Assembly: GCA_026397255.1 (NCBI GenBank)
Contig: JAPLVF010000011.1
Location: forward strand, 7,589-71,588
Source of the DNA: Candidatus Beckwithbacteria bacterium
Lineage (GTDB): Bacteria > Patescibacteriota > Microgenomatia > UBA1400 > CG1-02-47-37
Reading direction: 5' to 3'
Length of the DNA: 64,000 nt
Shown here in pieces: positions 45,433 through 55,783 of this stretch (position 1 is its first letter; each line of letters begins with the position of its first letter). The notes beneath the pieces were generated by a model, which saw nothing but the letters and a program-made list of their open reading frames with translations, did not search any database and was not told the origin of the DNA. The translations under genes and the position numbers were made by a program.

Positions 45433-45954
45433 ATGTTAAAAAAAATAATTTTAGGGTTATTGGCGGTTTTATTGATTGTCGGCGGAATAGCCGTAATCAA
45501 AAGAAATCGAAAAGTAGAAGAAAAAATCAGCCCGGAAATTACCTTGGAATCTTCCAAAATGATAACTGACCAAACTAAGCTTAAACCGGAAATGACGGAA
45601 GCAGAAAAACAGGCAATAGAGAACGCGTTTAAAGAAAAAGGGGCGGAGATGACAATGCTTAGGGACGTTGAAGGTGGTCAGACTGTGGGGACGGCTTGGA
45701 GGCAATTTGATAAAAAATTTTATTTTAAGATTGAAGCGAGCCGGTTGCCAGCTCTAGAGAAAGGTTTTTATTATGAGGGTTGGTTAGTGGGTGAGAGTGG
45801 GTTTTTTTCAGTCGGACGGATGGATGCGGGAACAGGCAAGCTTTACTACATCAGTGATCAAGATAAGAGTCAGTTTAAAGGCGTAGTGGTGACTTGGGAA
45901 CCGGAGGACGGAAATCCGGTGCCGGATAAGCACATTTTGGAGGGAAATTTTTGA
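45433..45954 (+). CDS. Membrane-anchored protein with RskA-like C-terminal domain
   Basis: N-terminal TM; YYEGWL..VVVTWEPEDG..HILEG. Confidence 0.55.
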   Translation: MLKKIILGLLAVLLIVGGIAVIKRNRKVEEKISPEITLESSKMITDQTKLKPEMTEAEKQAIENAFKEKGAEMTMLRDVEGGQTVGTAWRQFDKKFYFKIEASRLPALEKGFYYEGWLVGESGFFSVGRMDAGTGKLYYISDQDKSQFKGVVVTWEPEDGNPVPDKHILEGNF

Positions 45955-46493
45955 TGATTAAAAATATTGCTTTTTTCGGCGCTTCGGAATTAAAGTCGGA
46001 AAGCAAATATTATCAGGATGCCTTTAAAATTGCCCAGGTTTTGGCAAAGAAGGGCTATACGATTGTCAATGGCGGCGGGCCGGGAATTATGAATGCGGCG
46101 ACCCAGGGAGCGATATCTGTCGGAGGAGAAACGTTGGCGATTACTTTTAATCCTCAGGATGCGCCGGGATTTGAAGGTCGGTATTTGGCAAACAAAGCGG
46201 ACAAGGAAATTAAAACTCATAATTACCCAGAAAGAATGTTTAAATTACTGGAGCATGCTGACTGTTTTATTATTTTTAAAGGCGGAACAGGAACGATTTC
46301 CGAGCTGGGAGCAGCTTGGGCTTTAGCCAAATTTTATTACCCCAACCATAAGCCGTTTATTTTATACGGCAGGTTTTGGCGGAAAATAATTAAAGTATTA
46401 AAAGAGGAAATGCTGATTTCGGCTCAAGCGATGAAGGTGTTTCAGTTTGCCGAAACAGAGACTCAAGTTTTAGAGGCACTGGAAAAATTATGA
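45951..46493 (+). CDS. LOG/Rossmann-fold nucleotide-binding family protein
   Basis: NGGGPGIM, GGTGTISE. Confidence 0.88.
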   Translation: MMIKNIAFFGASELKSESKYYQDAFKIAQVLAKKGYTIVNGGGPGIMNAATQGAISVGGETLAITFNPQDAPGFEGRYLANKADKEIKTHNYPERMFKLLEHADCFIIFKGGTGTISELGAAWALAKFYYPNHKPFILYGRFWRKIIKVLKEEMLISAQAMKVFQFAETETQVLEALEKL

Positions 46494-46939
46494 AGATTTA
46501 TCTTGGAGCAGACCATAGAGGGTTTAAATTAAAAGAAAAATTAAAAGGGTGGTTAAAAGATCAGAAAATTGAGTGTGAAGATTTAGGCAATACTCAATAT
46601 GAGATAGAAGATGATTTTCCGGATTTTGGTAAAAAAGTGGCCGAAAAAGTGCAAACAACAGGGGAAAAGGGAATTTTGCTTTGCGGGTCCGGCGGCATGG
46701 CGCTAGTGGCGAATAAATTTAAAGGGGTTTGGTCGGCAGAAGCCTATGATGTTGAGCGGGCAAAACATGCGAAAGAACACGACGGCGTCAATGTTTTATC
46801 AATTCCGGCAGATGTGGTGGATGAAAAAACAGCCTGTGAAATGGTAAGGGTTTGGCTGGAGACAGAAGTGGAACAAAAAGAGAAATATCAAAGAAGATTA
46901 GATAAAATAAAAGCAATAGAAGAAAGGAATTTTGTATGA
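46490..46939 (+). CDS. rpiB: Ribose-5-phosphate isomerase B
   Basis: GADHRG, DFPD, LCGSG, ANKFKGV. Confidence 0.92.
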   Translation: MKIYLGADHRGFKLKEKLKGWLKDQKIECEDLGNTQYEIEDDFPDFGKKVAEKVQTTGEKGILLCGSGGMALVANKFKGVWSAEAYDVERAKHAKEHDGVNVLSIPADVVDEKTACEMVRVWLETEVEQKEKYQRRLDKIKAIEERNFV

Positions 46940-47931
46940 TGCGGATTGCGATTAATGGGTTTGGGAGGATTGGCAGATTGGCTTTAAGGGCGGCATTAAT
47001 GAAGCATAAAAAAGAAATTGAAGTGGTAGCGATTAATACGTCCGGGAATATGGATACTAGCGGTTGGGCGCAGCTATTTGAGTATGACTCAACTTATCGA
47101 AAATATAAAGGAAAAGTGAGTTCTGATAAAAATAATTTAATTATTGATGGGATAACAATTCCGGTGTTGGCAGAACCAGACCCGAAAAAATTACCCTGGG
47201 GGAAATTAGGGGTAGATTTAGTGTTGGAGTGTACCGGTGAGTTTAGGCGGCCGGAACAAGCAGAAGAGCATTTGCAAGCTGGTGCTAAAAAAGTGTTGGT
47301 GTCAGCTCCGCCCAAAGGCGGCAGCTTACCGATTTATATCGTGGGGGTGAATGCAGATAAAAAAGGCGATGATAAGATTTTTTCCAATGCTTCATGTACC
47401 ACTAATAGTGTGGTGCCGGTGGCGCAGGTGATGTTAAAAGAGTTTGGGATAGTTAAAGCGGCAATGACAACGATTCACGCTTATACTTCTGACCAGAGGT
47501 TATTAGATAATTCCCATAAGGATTTAAGGCGAGCGAGAGCAGCGGGTGTCAACATTATTCCAACCTCCACGGGCGCAGCTGACGCGGTCAATGTGGTTTT
47601 ACCGGAACTTACGGGAATTTTCGACGGGATGGCGATTAGAGTACCCGTCGTAACCGGTTCGCTAACCGATTTTACTTTTTTAGTCAAAAGAAAGGTAACC
47701 AGAGAAGAGGTTAACCAGGCATTAGTTAAAGCGAGCCAGACGGAGCTAAAAAATATTTTAGGAGTAACCAATAAGCCAATTGTGTCTTCCGATGTGATTG
47801 GGTGTGAGTATTCCTCATTGGTGGATCTGGAAATGACGAAGGTAATTGACGGCGACTTGGTGAAGATTTTAGCCTGGTATGATAATGAGTGGGGTTATGT
47901 TTTAAGAATGTTAGAACTGATTCTTCAATGA
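46936..47931 (+). CDS. gap: Glyceraldehyde-3-phosphate dehydrogenase type I
   Basis: INGFGRIGR, SNASCTTN, NIIPTSTGAA, WYDNEWGY. Confidence 0.98.
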   Translation: MMRIAINGFGRIGRLALRAALMKHKKEIEVVAINTSGNMDTSGWAQLFEYDSTYRKYKGKVSSDKNNLIIDGITIPVLAEPDPKKLPWGKLGVDLVLECTGEFRRPEQAEEHLQAGAKKVLVSAPPKGGSLPIYIVGVNADKKGDDKIFSNASCTTNSVVPVAQVMLKEFGIVKAAMTTIHAYTSDQRLLDNSHKDLRRARAAGVNIIPTSTGAADAVNVVLPELTGIFDGMAIRVPVVTGSLTDFTFLVKRKVTREEVNQALVKASQTELKNILGVTNKPIVSSDVIGCEYSSLVDLEMTKVIDGDLVKILAWYDNEWGYVLRMLELILQ

Positions 47932-48578
47932 AACCGATAATTACACCAACATTTTTTATTAATAGCCTGTCTGTTTTGAAGGATAGGTTGGAGTTATATG
48001 AGGGAATAGAGGGGATAACCAGAATTCAGCTGGACCCGGCAGACGAATCGTTTACGGCCAACCCCACCTTAAGCGTGGAAACGATGGTGAAACAACCAAC
48101 AACTTTAAAAAGAGACGTTCACTTAATGGTGGAGGAGCCGATTGACTGGTTGGAAATTTGCCGGCAAGAAGGGGTGAATATGGTCATTGGCCACATCGAA
48201 AATATGAGCAGCCAGGAAGAGTTTATTAAGGAAGCCCGAAGGTTAAGTTTAAAAGTTGGTTTGGCCGTTGATCTGGAAACAGATTTTAATGAGCTGGAAT
48301 GGCTTGTCGCCAAAGAAGCGGACTTAATTTTAGTAATGACAGTACGGGCCGGGCAGGAACAGCAAAAATTTAGTGCGGCAGCCCTAGAGAGAGTTAAGCT
48401 TTTAAGAAAAAAAGGCTTTATTAAAGAGATTTGTGTTGACGGCGGAGTGAATGAAGTGACAATTAAAGACTGTGTCAGGGCCGGAGCTGATGTTTTAGCG
48501 ATTGGGAGTGCTTTGTGGAAAGCAGCCAATGTTAAGCAACAACTGGGGAAATTAATGGGGTTAGCTTATGAAATTTGA
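47928..48578 (+). CDS. rpe: Ribulose-phosphate 3-epimerase-like
   Basis: DVHLMV, LVMTV, VDGGVN, AGAD..GSAL; N-terminal motif divergent. Confidence 0.82.
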   Translation: MKPIITPTFFINSLSVLKDRLELYEGIEGITRIQLDPADESFTANPTLSVETMVKQPTTLKRDVHLMVEEPIDWLEICRQEGVNMVIGHIENMSSQEEFIKEARRLSLKVGLAVDLETDFNELEWLVAKEADLILVMTVRAGQEQQKFSAAALERVKLLRKKGFIKEICVDGGVNEVTIKDCVRAGADVLAIGSALWKAANVKQQLGKLMGLAYEI

Positions 48579-49503
48579 CGTGGTGACATTCGGCAGCAGT
48601 TTTGTGGATGTTTATTTAACGGCCAAAGATTTTAAAGTGAGCGGGGGAAAGTTAGCCATGGAATATGGCGGAAAATTAGCAGTGGATAAAATGGTGATGA
48701 CGACCGGCGGGGGGGCAACCAATACGGCGGCGGGATTTGAAAGGTTGGGGCTGCAAACTGCCTGTGTGACCTGTTTAGGTAAAGACCATTGGGGCTTGTT
48801 TATCAGAAAAGAATTGAAGAAAGAAGGAGTGTCACAGTTATATATTCAACAAGTGAACGAGCCGACCAGCTACTCAACAATTTTAGTGGGGGAAGACGGC
48901 GGGAGAACGGTTTTGGTTTATCGGGGGGCGAGTAATTATTTATCCTGGCAGAAAGTGGAATGGGAACATCTTAATCCGGATTGGTTTTACGTCTCCAGCC
49001 TAGGAGGAGAATTTAATTTATTAACCAAGATTGTCCGGGCCGGGCAGGAAAAAAGAATTAAAGTGGCTTTAAATCCGGGAATGAGTGAGATTAACTCCCC
49101 GGAAAGATTAAAACAATTTTTGCCCCATGTGGAGGTGTTAATTCTAAATCTTGAAGAGGCGGCCAAATTAACCCAGCATGAGCCAGACAATAAAACAGAA
49201 ATTTTAAAAGATGTGGTTAAGCTGGGGGCAAGGTTGGTGGCGGTGACCGAAGGTAGAAAAGGGGCGACTTTACTGGAAGGGAAAAAGAAAGTGGTTTTAG
49301 AGGCAGTTAAAGCCAGGGTGGTGCAAGAAAGCGGGGCAGGGGATGCGTTTGGCTGCGGATTAGTGACAGGACTAATTAAATTTACCAGCTTAGAAAAAGC
49401 CCTGAAATTGGGATTAGCGAATGGGGCGTCAGTGGTGGAGCATTTCGGGCCAAAAGAGGGCCTGTTATTTGAGCCGGAAGTTGAGGAGTGGCTGAAGAAA
49501 TGA
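48568..49503 (+). CDS. PfkB-family carbohydrate kinase
   Basis: GGGATN, NLEEA, SGAGDAF. Confidence 0.9.
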   Translation: MKFDVVTFGSSFVDVYLTAKDFKVSGGKLAMEYGGKLAVDKMVMTTGGGATNTAAGFERLGLQTACVTCLGKDHWGLFIRKELKKEGVSQLYIQQVNEPTSYSTILVGEDGGRTVLVYRGASNYLSWQKVEWEHLNPDWFYVSSLGGEFNLLTKIVRAGQEKRIKVALNPGMSEINSPERLKQFLPHVEVLILNLEEAAKLTQHEPDNKTEILKDVVKLGARLVAVTEGRKGATLLEGKKKVVLEAVKARVVQESGAGDAFGCGLVTGLIKFTSLEKALKLGLANGASVVEHFGPKEGLLFEPEVEEWLKK

Positions 49504-50546
49504 AAATTATGAGAAGACTTGACCAAGATTTAAGAGAGAAAGATTATAGTGGAGAAGGAGAAACGGAAATAAAGAAGCGGCGGCCGAGAAAGACGATTGG
49601 AGAGGAAGGGTCCAGAAAACAGACTTTAATTGTGTTGGCAATTACGATTGGGTTGGGCCTGTTTTTTTATTTACCCACTCAGTTTAAATTGATTAAATTT
49701 AATTGGCTGCCAAAACTTAATTTCGGCGGGAGTGAAGTAATCACGATTGAAAAAACAAAAACGGAGAGCAGCCCTCCGGCAGAAATAAAGACTATTAAGA
49801 CCACCAAAGAGGAAACCTTAAATTTAATTAAAAATTTATTGGCAGATAAAGCGGGGGATTGGGCAATTTACGCCGAAGATGTAAAGAAAAAGGAAAATAT
49901 AAAGATTAATCAAGACGAGGTAATGGAGGCGGCGTCGGTAATTAAACTGCCGGTTTTGACAGCGTATTACAAGGCGGTGGATGAGAAAAAAATTGATCCG
50001 GCCAAGATTTATTCAATGCAAGACAGGGATCGATTAATCTATGGGACCGGGAGTCTACAGGGGCAGCCGACAGGAGCAGAATTTAGTTATCAGCAAATAG
50101 CCGATTTAGTCGGGAAAGAAAGCGATAATATGGGGGCGCAGTTATTAATTAATTTTTTAGGGGGGGCAGGGGTAGTCCAGAAAACAGTTAACGGCTGGGG
50201 TTTACAAAATACCTTAATTAATGATGATAAATCAACGGTAAAAGACATGGCTAATTTATGGGGACAAATCTATGCGGGTAAATTATTAAAAGCAGCATCA
50301 AAACAAAAATTACTGGAGAGCTTAACTGATACAATTTTGGAAACCAGAATTACCGCCGGGGTGCCTGGGGGGATAAAAGTCCGCCATAAATTCGGGAGCG
50401 AAATCGGAACGGTGAACGATTGCGGAGTGGTGGAGGCTACCAATCCTTATGTGATTTGTATTTTTTCTAATAACGCGAATGACGGTGAGGCCGAAACATT
50501 AATGCCGCAAATTTCGCAGGCGGTGTGGAAGTGGTTGGGTAAGTAG
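49500..50546 (+). CDS. Membrane-anchored class A beta-lactamase-like serine hydrolase
   Basis: ASVIK, SDN, HKFG, NDCG; start uncertain. Confidence 0.85.
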   Translation: MKIMRRLDQDLREKDYSGEGETEIKKRRPRKTIGEEGSRKQTLIVLAITIGLGLFFYLPTQFKLIKFNWLPKLNFGGSEVITIEKTKTESSPPAEIKTIKTTKEETLNLIKNLLADKAGDWAIYAEDVKKKENIKINQDEVMEAASVIKLPVLTAYYKAVDEKKIDPAKIYSMQDRDRLIYGTGSLQGQPTGAEFSYQQIADLVGKESDNMGAQLLINFLGGAGVVQKTVNGWGLQNTLINDDKSTVKDMANLWGQIYAGKLLKAASKQKLLESLTDTILETRITAGVPGGIKVRHKFGSEIGTVNDCGVVEATNPYVICIFSNNANDGEAETLMPQISQAVWKWLGK

Positions 50547-50548
50547 GG

Positions 50549-52870
50549 TTAGCGTTGGGTGGAGGCGCCGGTTAAGAGTTTGTCACGTTCTTCCTGGTCT
50601 TTTTTGGCTTTTTCTTCCAAGATGATTTTGATTTGGTCGGGAGAACAGGCTTGCTTTGGCTCGGTGCCGGGAATAAAGTATTCGGTTTTGGTCGGACAAC
50701 CCTCACAGGTTAACTGGCCGGTAATGGTACAAATATTAGCCTTAATTAAATTAGCCGGAGGGGTAAATTGGTGAGCCGGTTGGTTTTGTAAGATGGCGGT
50801 GAAGATTTTATTCCAGATAGGCGAGGCGCCGGTAATGCCGGAGGCGACTTGACTCATCGGGGTGTTATCGTTGTTGCCGACCCAGGTGGCGACTAAATAA
50901 TTAGTAGTATAACCAATCGTCCAGTTGTCCCGTTTATCGTTGGTGGTGCCGGTTTTGACGGCGACTTGTTGGCCGGGAACGTTTAAGTAAGACCGTAGGC
51001 CAAAGGCTTGAGCGCGAGCGAAGGGATCAGCCAGAATATCCGTTAAAATATAGGCGGTAAGAGAGTTCAAGACAGGTTCGGGATTACAGGTTAAATGTTT
51101 AGTGGTAGCCTCTGCCTGCGGCATAATTTTAGGAAAATCCTGACAGTCAAAATCCTGTAAAATTTTACCTTTAGCATCAGTAATTTTAAGAATTGGGTGG
51201 AGATTAACTTTTAAGCCTTGATTAGCTAACGTCCCGTAAACAACGGCCATATCGACCATTTTGATCTCGGCGCCGCCAAGAGTGAGGGAGAGGCCGTAAC
51301 GTTCCGGTTGGTTCCAAGTGGTAATGCCCATTTTTTTACCCTCTTCAATCATTTTGTCAACACCGTAGCTGGCTAAAACTTTGACAGCCGGAACATTAAC
51401 CGAATTTGCCAGAGCATAACGCAGGGTGATCGGACCATGAAAGGTGCCGTCATAATTTATCGGCGAATAAGGTTGGGTACCGGGGATGTTGTAAGTTACC
51501 GGCGTGTCCTGAATGATAGAAGCGGCCGTATAGCCGTGTTCGAGGGCATAAGCATAATTAACGGGTTTAATGGAAGAACCGGGTTGGCGTAAAGCCGTAG
51601 TTAAGTTGACTTGGCCGTCGTGGTCGAAATCAAAGTAATTCCGGGAACCGATCATAGCGAGAATTTCGCCGGTTTGCGGATTGGTGACCAGAGCAGCGCC
51701 ATTAGTAATGTGAAAAGGGGAAAGGCTGTCAATTTCTTGGGTGAGGATGCTTTGAGCTTTTTCCTGAAGGGTTAAGTCTAAGGAAGTGGTGACGGAGAGA
51801 CCGCCTTGTTCGACCATAGATTCACCGTACTCACTGACTAGTAAATCTTTAATATACATCACAAAGTGCGGGGCTTTGATATTTGAATATTGCGGGGCGA
51901 GTTTAATTTTTTCTGCTTTAGCCAGTTCGGCTTCCTGGGGAGCAATCATTTTTTCTTCAACCATGCGGTTTAAAACTTCGTGTTGGCGGTAAATAGCAAG
52001 ATAAGGGTTAGAGCCAAAGGGAGAGTAAGTGGTGGGGGCGGCGGGAAGTCCGGCCAAAAGGGCGGCTTCGGCTAAATCAACGTCTTTAATCGATTGGCCA
52101 AAATAGGTTTGAGCGGCTTGTTCGGCGCCGTAAGCAGTGCCGCCGTAGCTGACTTGGTTAAAGTACATTTCCAAGATTTCGTCTTTGGAAAAGATAACCT
52201 CGGTTTCAATGGTTAAAATTAACTCTTTAAGTTTGCGGGTTAAGGTCCGTTCCGGAGTTAAGAGGGCGTTTTTAACCAACTGTTGAGTGATTGTCGAACC
52301 ACCCTGGAGTTGGCGATTGAAAATAATTTGTTCCAAGGAACGTAAAATACCGGTCCAGGAAACACCTTTGTGAGTGTAAAAATGACTGTCTTCGATGGCT
52401 AAAGTTGCCTGTTTAAAGTGTTGAGGAATATCGCTTAAGGGGATAAGAGTGCGGTTTTGATCTTTGTAAAAAGTAAACAAGAGTTGGCCATTACGGTCAT
52501 AGATTTTGGTGGAGATGGCCGGCGGATGATTAATTAAATCAGTCGGGTTAGGAAGACCTTTTAAGACGAACCAGTAGAACAAACCAGAAAGTATAAACAA
52601 AAAAATAACAACCGGAATTTTTTTAAATTTAAGCTTGATTTTGAGTGTTTTAAGACGGGGTAATTTGGGATGGGGTAATTTACGATAGGGTATTTTAATT
52701 CGGGGGAGGTTGATTGTAGGTAATTTGACTGTAATTTTTAGAGATTTTAAGAAGCGGAAAGTCGATTTATAGGCGGAAATAAAAATTACAACCGATTGAA
52801 AAATCAGCTTAATCAGCCAAAAAATTGAACGATAGGTGAATCGCCCGATAATCTCCAAAACTTTGAACAT
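50549..52870 (-). CDS. Class A penicillin-binding protein (PBP1A family)
   Basis: IEDSHFYTH, GGSTITQQLVK, RKLKE, GSSIKP, SVN, KTGTT. Confidence 0.95.
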   Translation of the reverse strand: MFKVLEIIGRFTYRSIFWLIKLIFQSVVIFISAYKSTFRFLKSLKITVKLPTINLPRIKIPYRKLPHPKLPRLKTLKIKLKFKKIPVVIFLFILSGLFYWFVLKGLPNPTDLINHPPAISTKIYDRNGQLLFTFYKDQNRTLIPLSDIPQHFKQATLAIEDSHFYTHKGVSWTGILRSLEQIIFNRQLQGGSTITQQLVKNALLTPERTLTRKLKELILTIETEVIFSKDEILEMYFNQVSYGGTAYGAEQAAQTYFGQSIKDVDLAEAALLAGLPAAPTTYSPFGSNPYLAIYRQHEVLNRMVEEKMIAPQEAELAKAEKIKLAPQYSNIKAPHFVMYIKDLLVSEYGESMVEQGGLSVTTSLDLTLQEKAQSILTQEIDSLSPFHITNGAALVTNPQTGEILAMIGSRNYFDFDHDGQVNLTTALRQPGSSIKPVNYAYALEHGYTAASIIQDTPVTYNIPGTQPYSPINYDGTFHGPITLRYALANSVNVPAVKVLASYGVDKMIEEGKKMGITTWNQPERYGLSLTLGGAEIKMVDMAVVYGTLANQGLKVNLHPILKITDAKGKILQDFDCQDFPKIMPQAEATTKHLTCNPEPVLNSLTAYILTDILADPFARAQAFGLRSYLNVPGQQVAVKTGTTNDKRDNWTIGYTTNYLVATWVGNNDNTPMSQVASGITGASPIWNKIFTAILQNQPAHQFTPPANLIKANICTITGQLTCEGCPTKTEYFIPGTEPKQACSPDQIKIILEEKAKKDQEERDKLLTGASTQR

Positions 52871-52910
52871 GGGGCGTATTATACCCTATAAGAAAAGAAA
52901 ATGGGAGGGG

Positions 52911-55175
52911 TTATTTTACACTAATATTGTAGGCGGGTTCGATGATATTGCCTTTGTCGTCCAGGGGCCTGGGGCAATCAAGGCAGTAGTTTGGCTGAAC
53001 AGGGTCGGAAAGCATAAAGTGTTCCTGCATTTCTAAATTCTCTCCGCCAGTGGGCGGATTACCAGGGAGAGGAGGTAGGTTGGTAGTTTTATCAATCCAG
53101 ACAGATTGTTTTAGTTCCGGTTCAAGATCCGGTTCGTGGCCTTTGATAAAATATTCGAAGCGGGTGGCGTCGCAGGGATGGTCGGGATTAGGCTTAAAGC
53201 CGGAGAGACTGCAGATTTCCAGGCCGACCACGTTTTCCGGTTTTTTAGGCCATTCATCAGGTTTGTCTTTAAGGGTGTAGGTCATAATTTGGTGCCAGAT
53301 AGGGGCGGCGCCGGAGACGCCGGAAACAAGATAGGAAGACATGGGGGTGTTATTGTTGTTGCCGACCCAGCTAGCGACTAAATAAGAAGGGGTGTAGCCA
53401 ATGGTCCAGTTGTCGCGCAAATCATCGGTGGTGCCGGTTTTAACGGAAACGGCGTGGTTGGGAACCACTAATTGGGAGGACCCGCCAAAGGACTGACTGC
53501 GGGCATTATTATCCAAAAGGATGTGGGAAATTAAATAAGTCACTTCCGGGGGCAAAACCTTCGTGCCAACCGGAAGCTCGGTGTTTAAATCAATTTGTTC
53601 CAAGATTTTTCCCTGATAAGTGACCACCTTAAGAATTGGGGTAAGATTAACTTTCAGGCCTTGGTTGGCAAAAACACCAAAGGCGATAGCCATATCCACC
53701 ATTTTGACTTCGCCGCCGCCTAAAGTTAAAGATAAACCGTAACGGGAGGGGTCGGTAAAAGTGGTAATACCCATTGCCGAAGCCGTGGCGATCATGGAGT
53801 CAACGGAGTTGGCGGCGAGCATTTTGACCGCCGGAATATTAAATGAATTACCTAAGGCAAAGCGCATCTGGACGGGGCCGTGAAATTTGCCATCATAGTT
53901 TTTTGGACAATAGGGCGGTTGGCCGGGAACTAAAAAACAAACAGGTACATCGAGAAACAGGGTGGAAGGGGTATAACCTTTTAAAAGGCCGACGCTATAG
54001 TTAATCGGCTTGATGGAAGAACCAGGTTGGCGCTGGCGGGTAGTGACATTAACATTGCCGTCAATTGAGTCGTCAAAATAATCTTTAGAACCAATCATGG
54101 CGAGGATTTCACCGGTGCGGGGAATGGTAATTAAAGCGGCACCATTACTGACATTGGCATTTTTCAACTTGGCGACTTCGCTGGCCACTGCGCTTTCGGC
54201 GTATTCCTGAAGACTTAGGTCCAAAGAGGTGGTAACCCTTAAGCCGCCTTTTTCGACCAGGGTTTCACCGTATTTATCGACTAAAAGTTCTTTAATATAA
54301 AGAGAGAAATGAGGAGCCTTAAGGTTGTTTTTGGGCGGGGCAAAGACAAGTTTTTGATTAACGGCTTCGGCATATTGTGACTTAATAATATATTTATCCT
54401 GAAGCAGACGATCTAAAACTTGATGTTGACGGTTGATGGCCAACTCCGGGTTGGCGCCGAAAGGAGAGAAGCGGGTAGGGGCCTGAGGCAAGCCGGCCAA
54501 AAGAGCGGCTTCGGCCAGAGTCAGGTTTTTGGCAGATTTGGCAAAGTAAGTTTCACTGGCCTGTTCAATGCCATAAGCGGTGCCGCCGTAGGGAACATTA
54601 TTTAAATACATTTCCAAAATTTGATTTTTCCGATAGCGGACCTCGGTGGCCCAGGTTAGGATCGCTTCACGGATTTTACGGGTAATTGTCCGTTCCGGAG
54701 TAAGAAGGGAAGTTTTAACCAATTGCTGGGTAATGGTGGAACCGCCCTGAAGATTTTGTTTAAAAACCGTATTTAAAAAGGCGCGGGTGAGACCTTCCCA
54801 GGCAAAGCCGTGGTGGTGGTAAAAATTTTTATCTTCAATGGCGATGGTGGCTTGAGCAATATAGGGTGGCAGATCTGTTAGTTTAATCGGAGTGCGATTC
54901 TGTTCGGCATAAATTTCGTATAAGAGTTGGCCGTTTCTATCTAAAATTTTAGTGGAAACAGGAAATTGATCAGAGCCGAGTTTGTTGGGATTGGGCAGGT
55001 CTTTAAAGATCTTTATAAATCCATAACCGATTAACAGCAGGCTAAAAATAAAGACAAATTTTTTTACTTTGTTTTTTAGTTTCTTCTTTACTTTCTTCTT
55101 TCGCAAACCGATTAGAAATTTGCTAAAAATAAAGACAAATTTTTTTACTTTGTTTTTTAGTTTCTTCTTTCGCAT
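52911..55175 (-). CDS. Class A penicillin-binding protein (PBP1A family), tandem paralog
   Basis: IEDKNFYHH, GGSTITQQLVK, RKIRE, GSSIKP, SFN, KTGTT. Confidence 0.95.
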   Translation of the reverse strand: MRKKKLKNKVKKFVFIFSKFLIGLRKKKVKKKLKNKVKKFVFIFSLLLIGYGFIKIFKDLPNPNKLGSDQFPVSTKILDRNGQLLYEIYAEQNRTPIKLTDLPPYIAQATIAIEDKNFYHHHGFAWEGLTRAFLNTVFKQNLQGGSTITQQLVKTSLLTPERTITRKIREAILTWATEVRYRKNQILEMYLNNVPYGGTAYGIEQASETYFAKSAKNLTLAEAALLAGLPQAPTRFSPFGANPELAINRQHQVLDRLLQDKYIIKSQYAEAVNQKLVFAPPKNNLKAPHFSLYIKELLVDKYGETLVEKGGLRVTTSLDLSLQEYAESAVASEVAKLKNANVSNGAALITIPRTGEILAMIGSKDYFDDSIDGNVNVTTRQRQPGSSIKPINYSVGLLKGYTPSTLFLDVPVCFLVPGQPPYCPKNYDGKFHGPVQMRFALGNSFNIPAVKMLAANSVDSMIATASAMGITTFTDPSRYGLSLTLGGGEVKMVDMAIAFGVFANQGLKVNLTPILKVVTYQGKILEQIDLNTELPVGTKVLPPEVTYLISHILLDNNARSQSFGGSSQLVVPNHAVSVKTGTTDDLRDNWTIGYTPSYLVASWVGNNNNTPMSSYLVSGVSGAAPIWHQIMTYTLKDKPDEWPKKPENVVGLEICSLSGFKPNPDHPCDATRFEYFIKGHEPDLEPELKQSVWIDKTTNLPPLPGNPPTGGENLEMQEHFMLSDPVQPNYCLDCPRPLDDKGNIIEPAYNISVK
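55041..55170. repeat. Exact 49-bp direct repeat (55041-55089 and 55122-55170)
   Basis: Duplicates KKKLKNKVKKFVFIFS in frame at 81-bp period. Confidence 0.9.
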
Positions 55176-55201
55176 AAAGATATTATATAATAGGAAACTA
55201 A

Positions 55202-55783
55202 ATGAAATTTAAAAATGTGACCATTTCCGGCCGGGTGTGTACGGGTACCAGCACTTTAAGCCAGTTATTGACGGAAAAAATCGGCTGGCGGCATTGGAAC
55301 GCCGGCCAATTTTTCAGGGACTATTGCCGGGAAAACAATTTATCTTTAGAAAACGCCTCTGATAGGTCGGATGATTTAGCCAGAAAAGTGGATTTAGAGA
55401 TGAGGCAAAATTTACAAACAAAACAAAAGCAGATTATGGAGGCTTGGTTGTCCGGGTTTGTCGCTCAAGGAGTGGAAGGGGTGCTAAAAGTTTTACTGGT
55501 GTGTGATGACAGTTTGCGAATTGACAGATTGGTTAATCGTGACGGCATGACGGTGGAGAAAGCAAAGGTAAGAATCAAACAAAGAGAGCAGGAAAATGCC
55601 AAAAAATGGACACGGGTTTATCAGAAAGAGTGGCGGCTGTGGTTGCCACAAGATAAGCAAAAGTTAAAGACACCAGAAGGGTTTTTTGATTTTTGGCACC
55701 CGGCTTTGTATGATTTGGTAATTGATACTTATTCCAACAGTAAAGAAGAAACATTAAAAAAAGTAATGGAGGCCTTATGTTGA
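55202..55783 (+). CDS. cmk: Cytidylate kinase-like nucleoside monophosphate kinase
   Basis: TISGRVCTGTST, AGQFFR, YDLVIDT. Confidence 0.7.
   Translation: MKFKNVTISGRVCTGTSTLSQLLTEKIGWRHWNAGQFFRDYCRENNLSLENASDRSDDLARKVDLEMRQNLQTKQKQIMEAWLSGFVAQGVEGVLKVLLVCDDSLRIDRLVNRDGMTVEKAKVRIKQREQENAKKWTRVYQKEWRLWLPQDKQKLKTPEGFFDFWHPALYDLVIDTYSNSKEETLKKVMEALC

Noticed and set aside
50549-55175. Similarity between the two PBP genes, and among nrdJ copies, as repeat or DGR template
   Set aside because: Explained by protein paralogy; no reverse transcriptase or adenine-specific mismatch pattern seen
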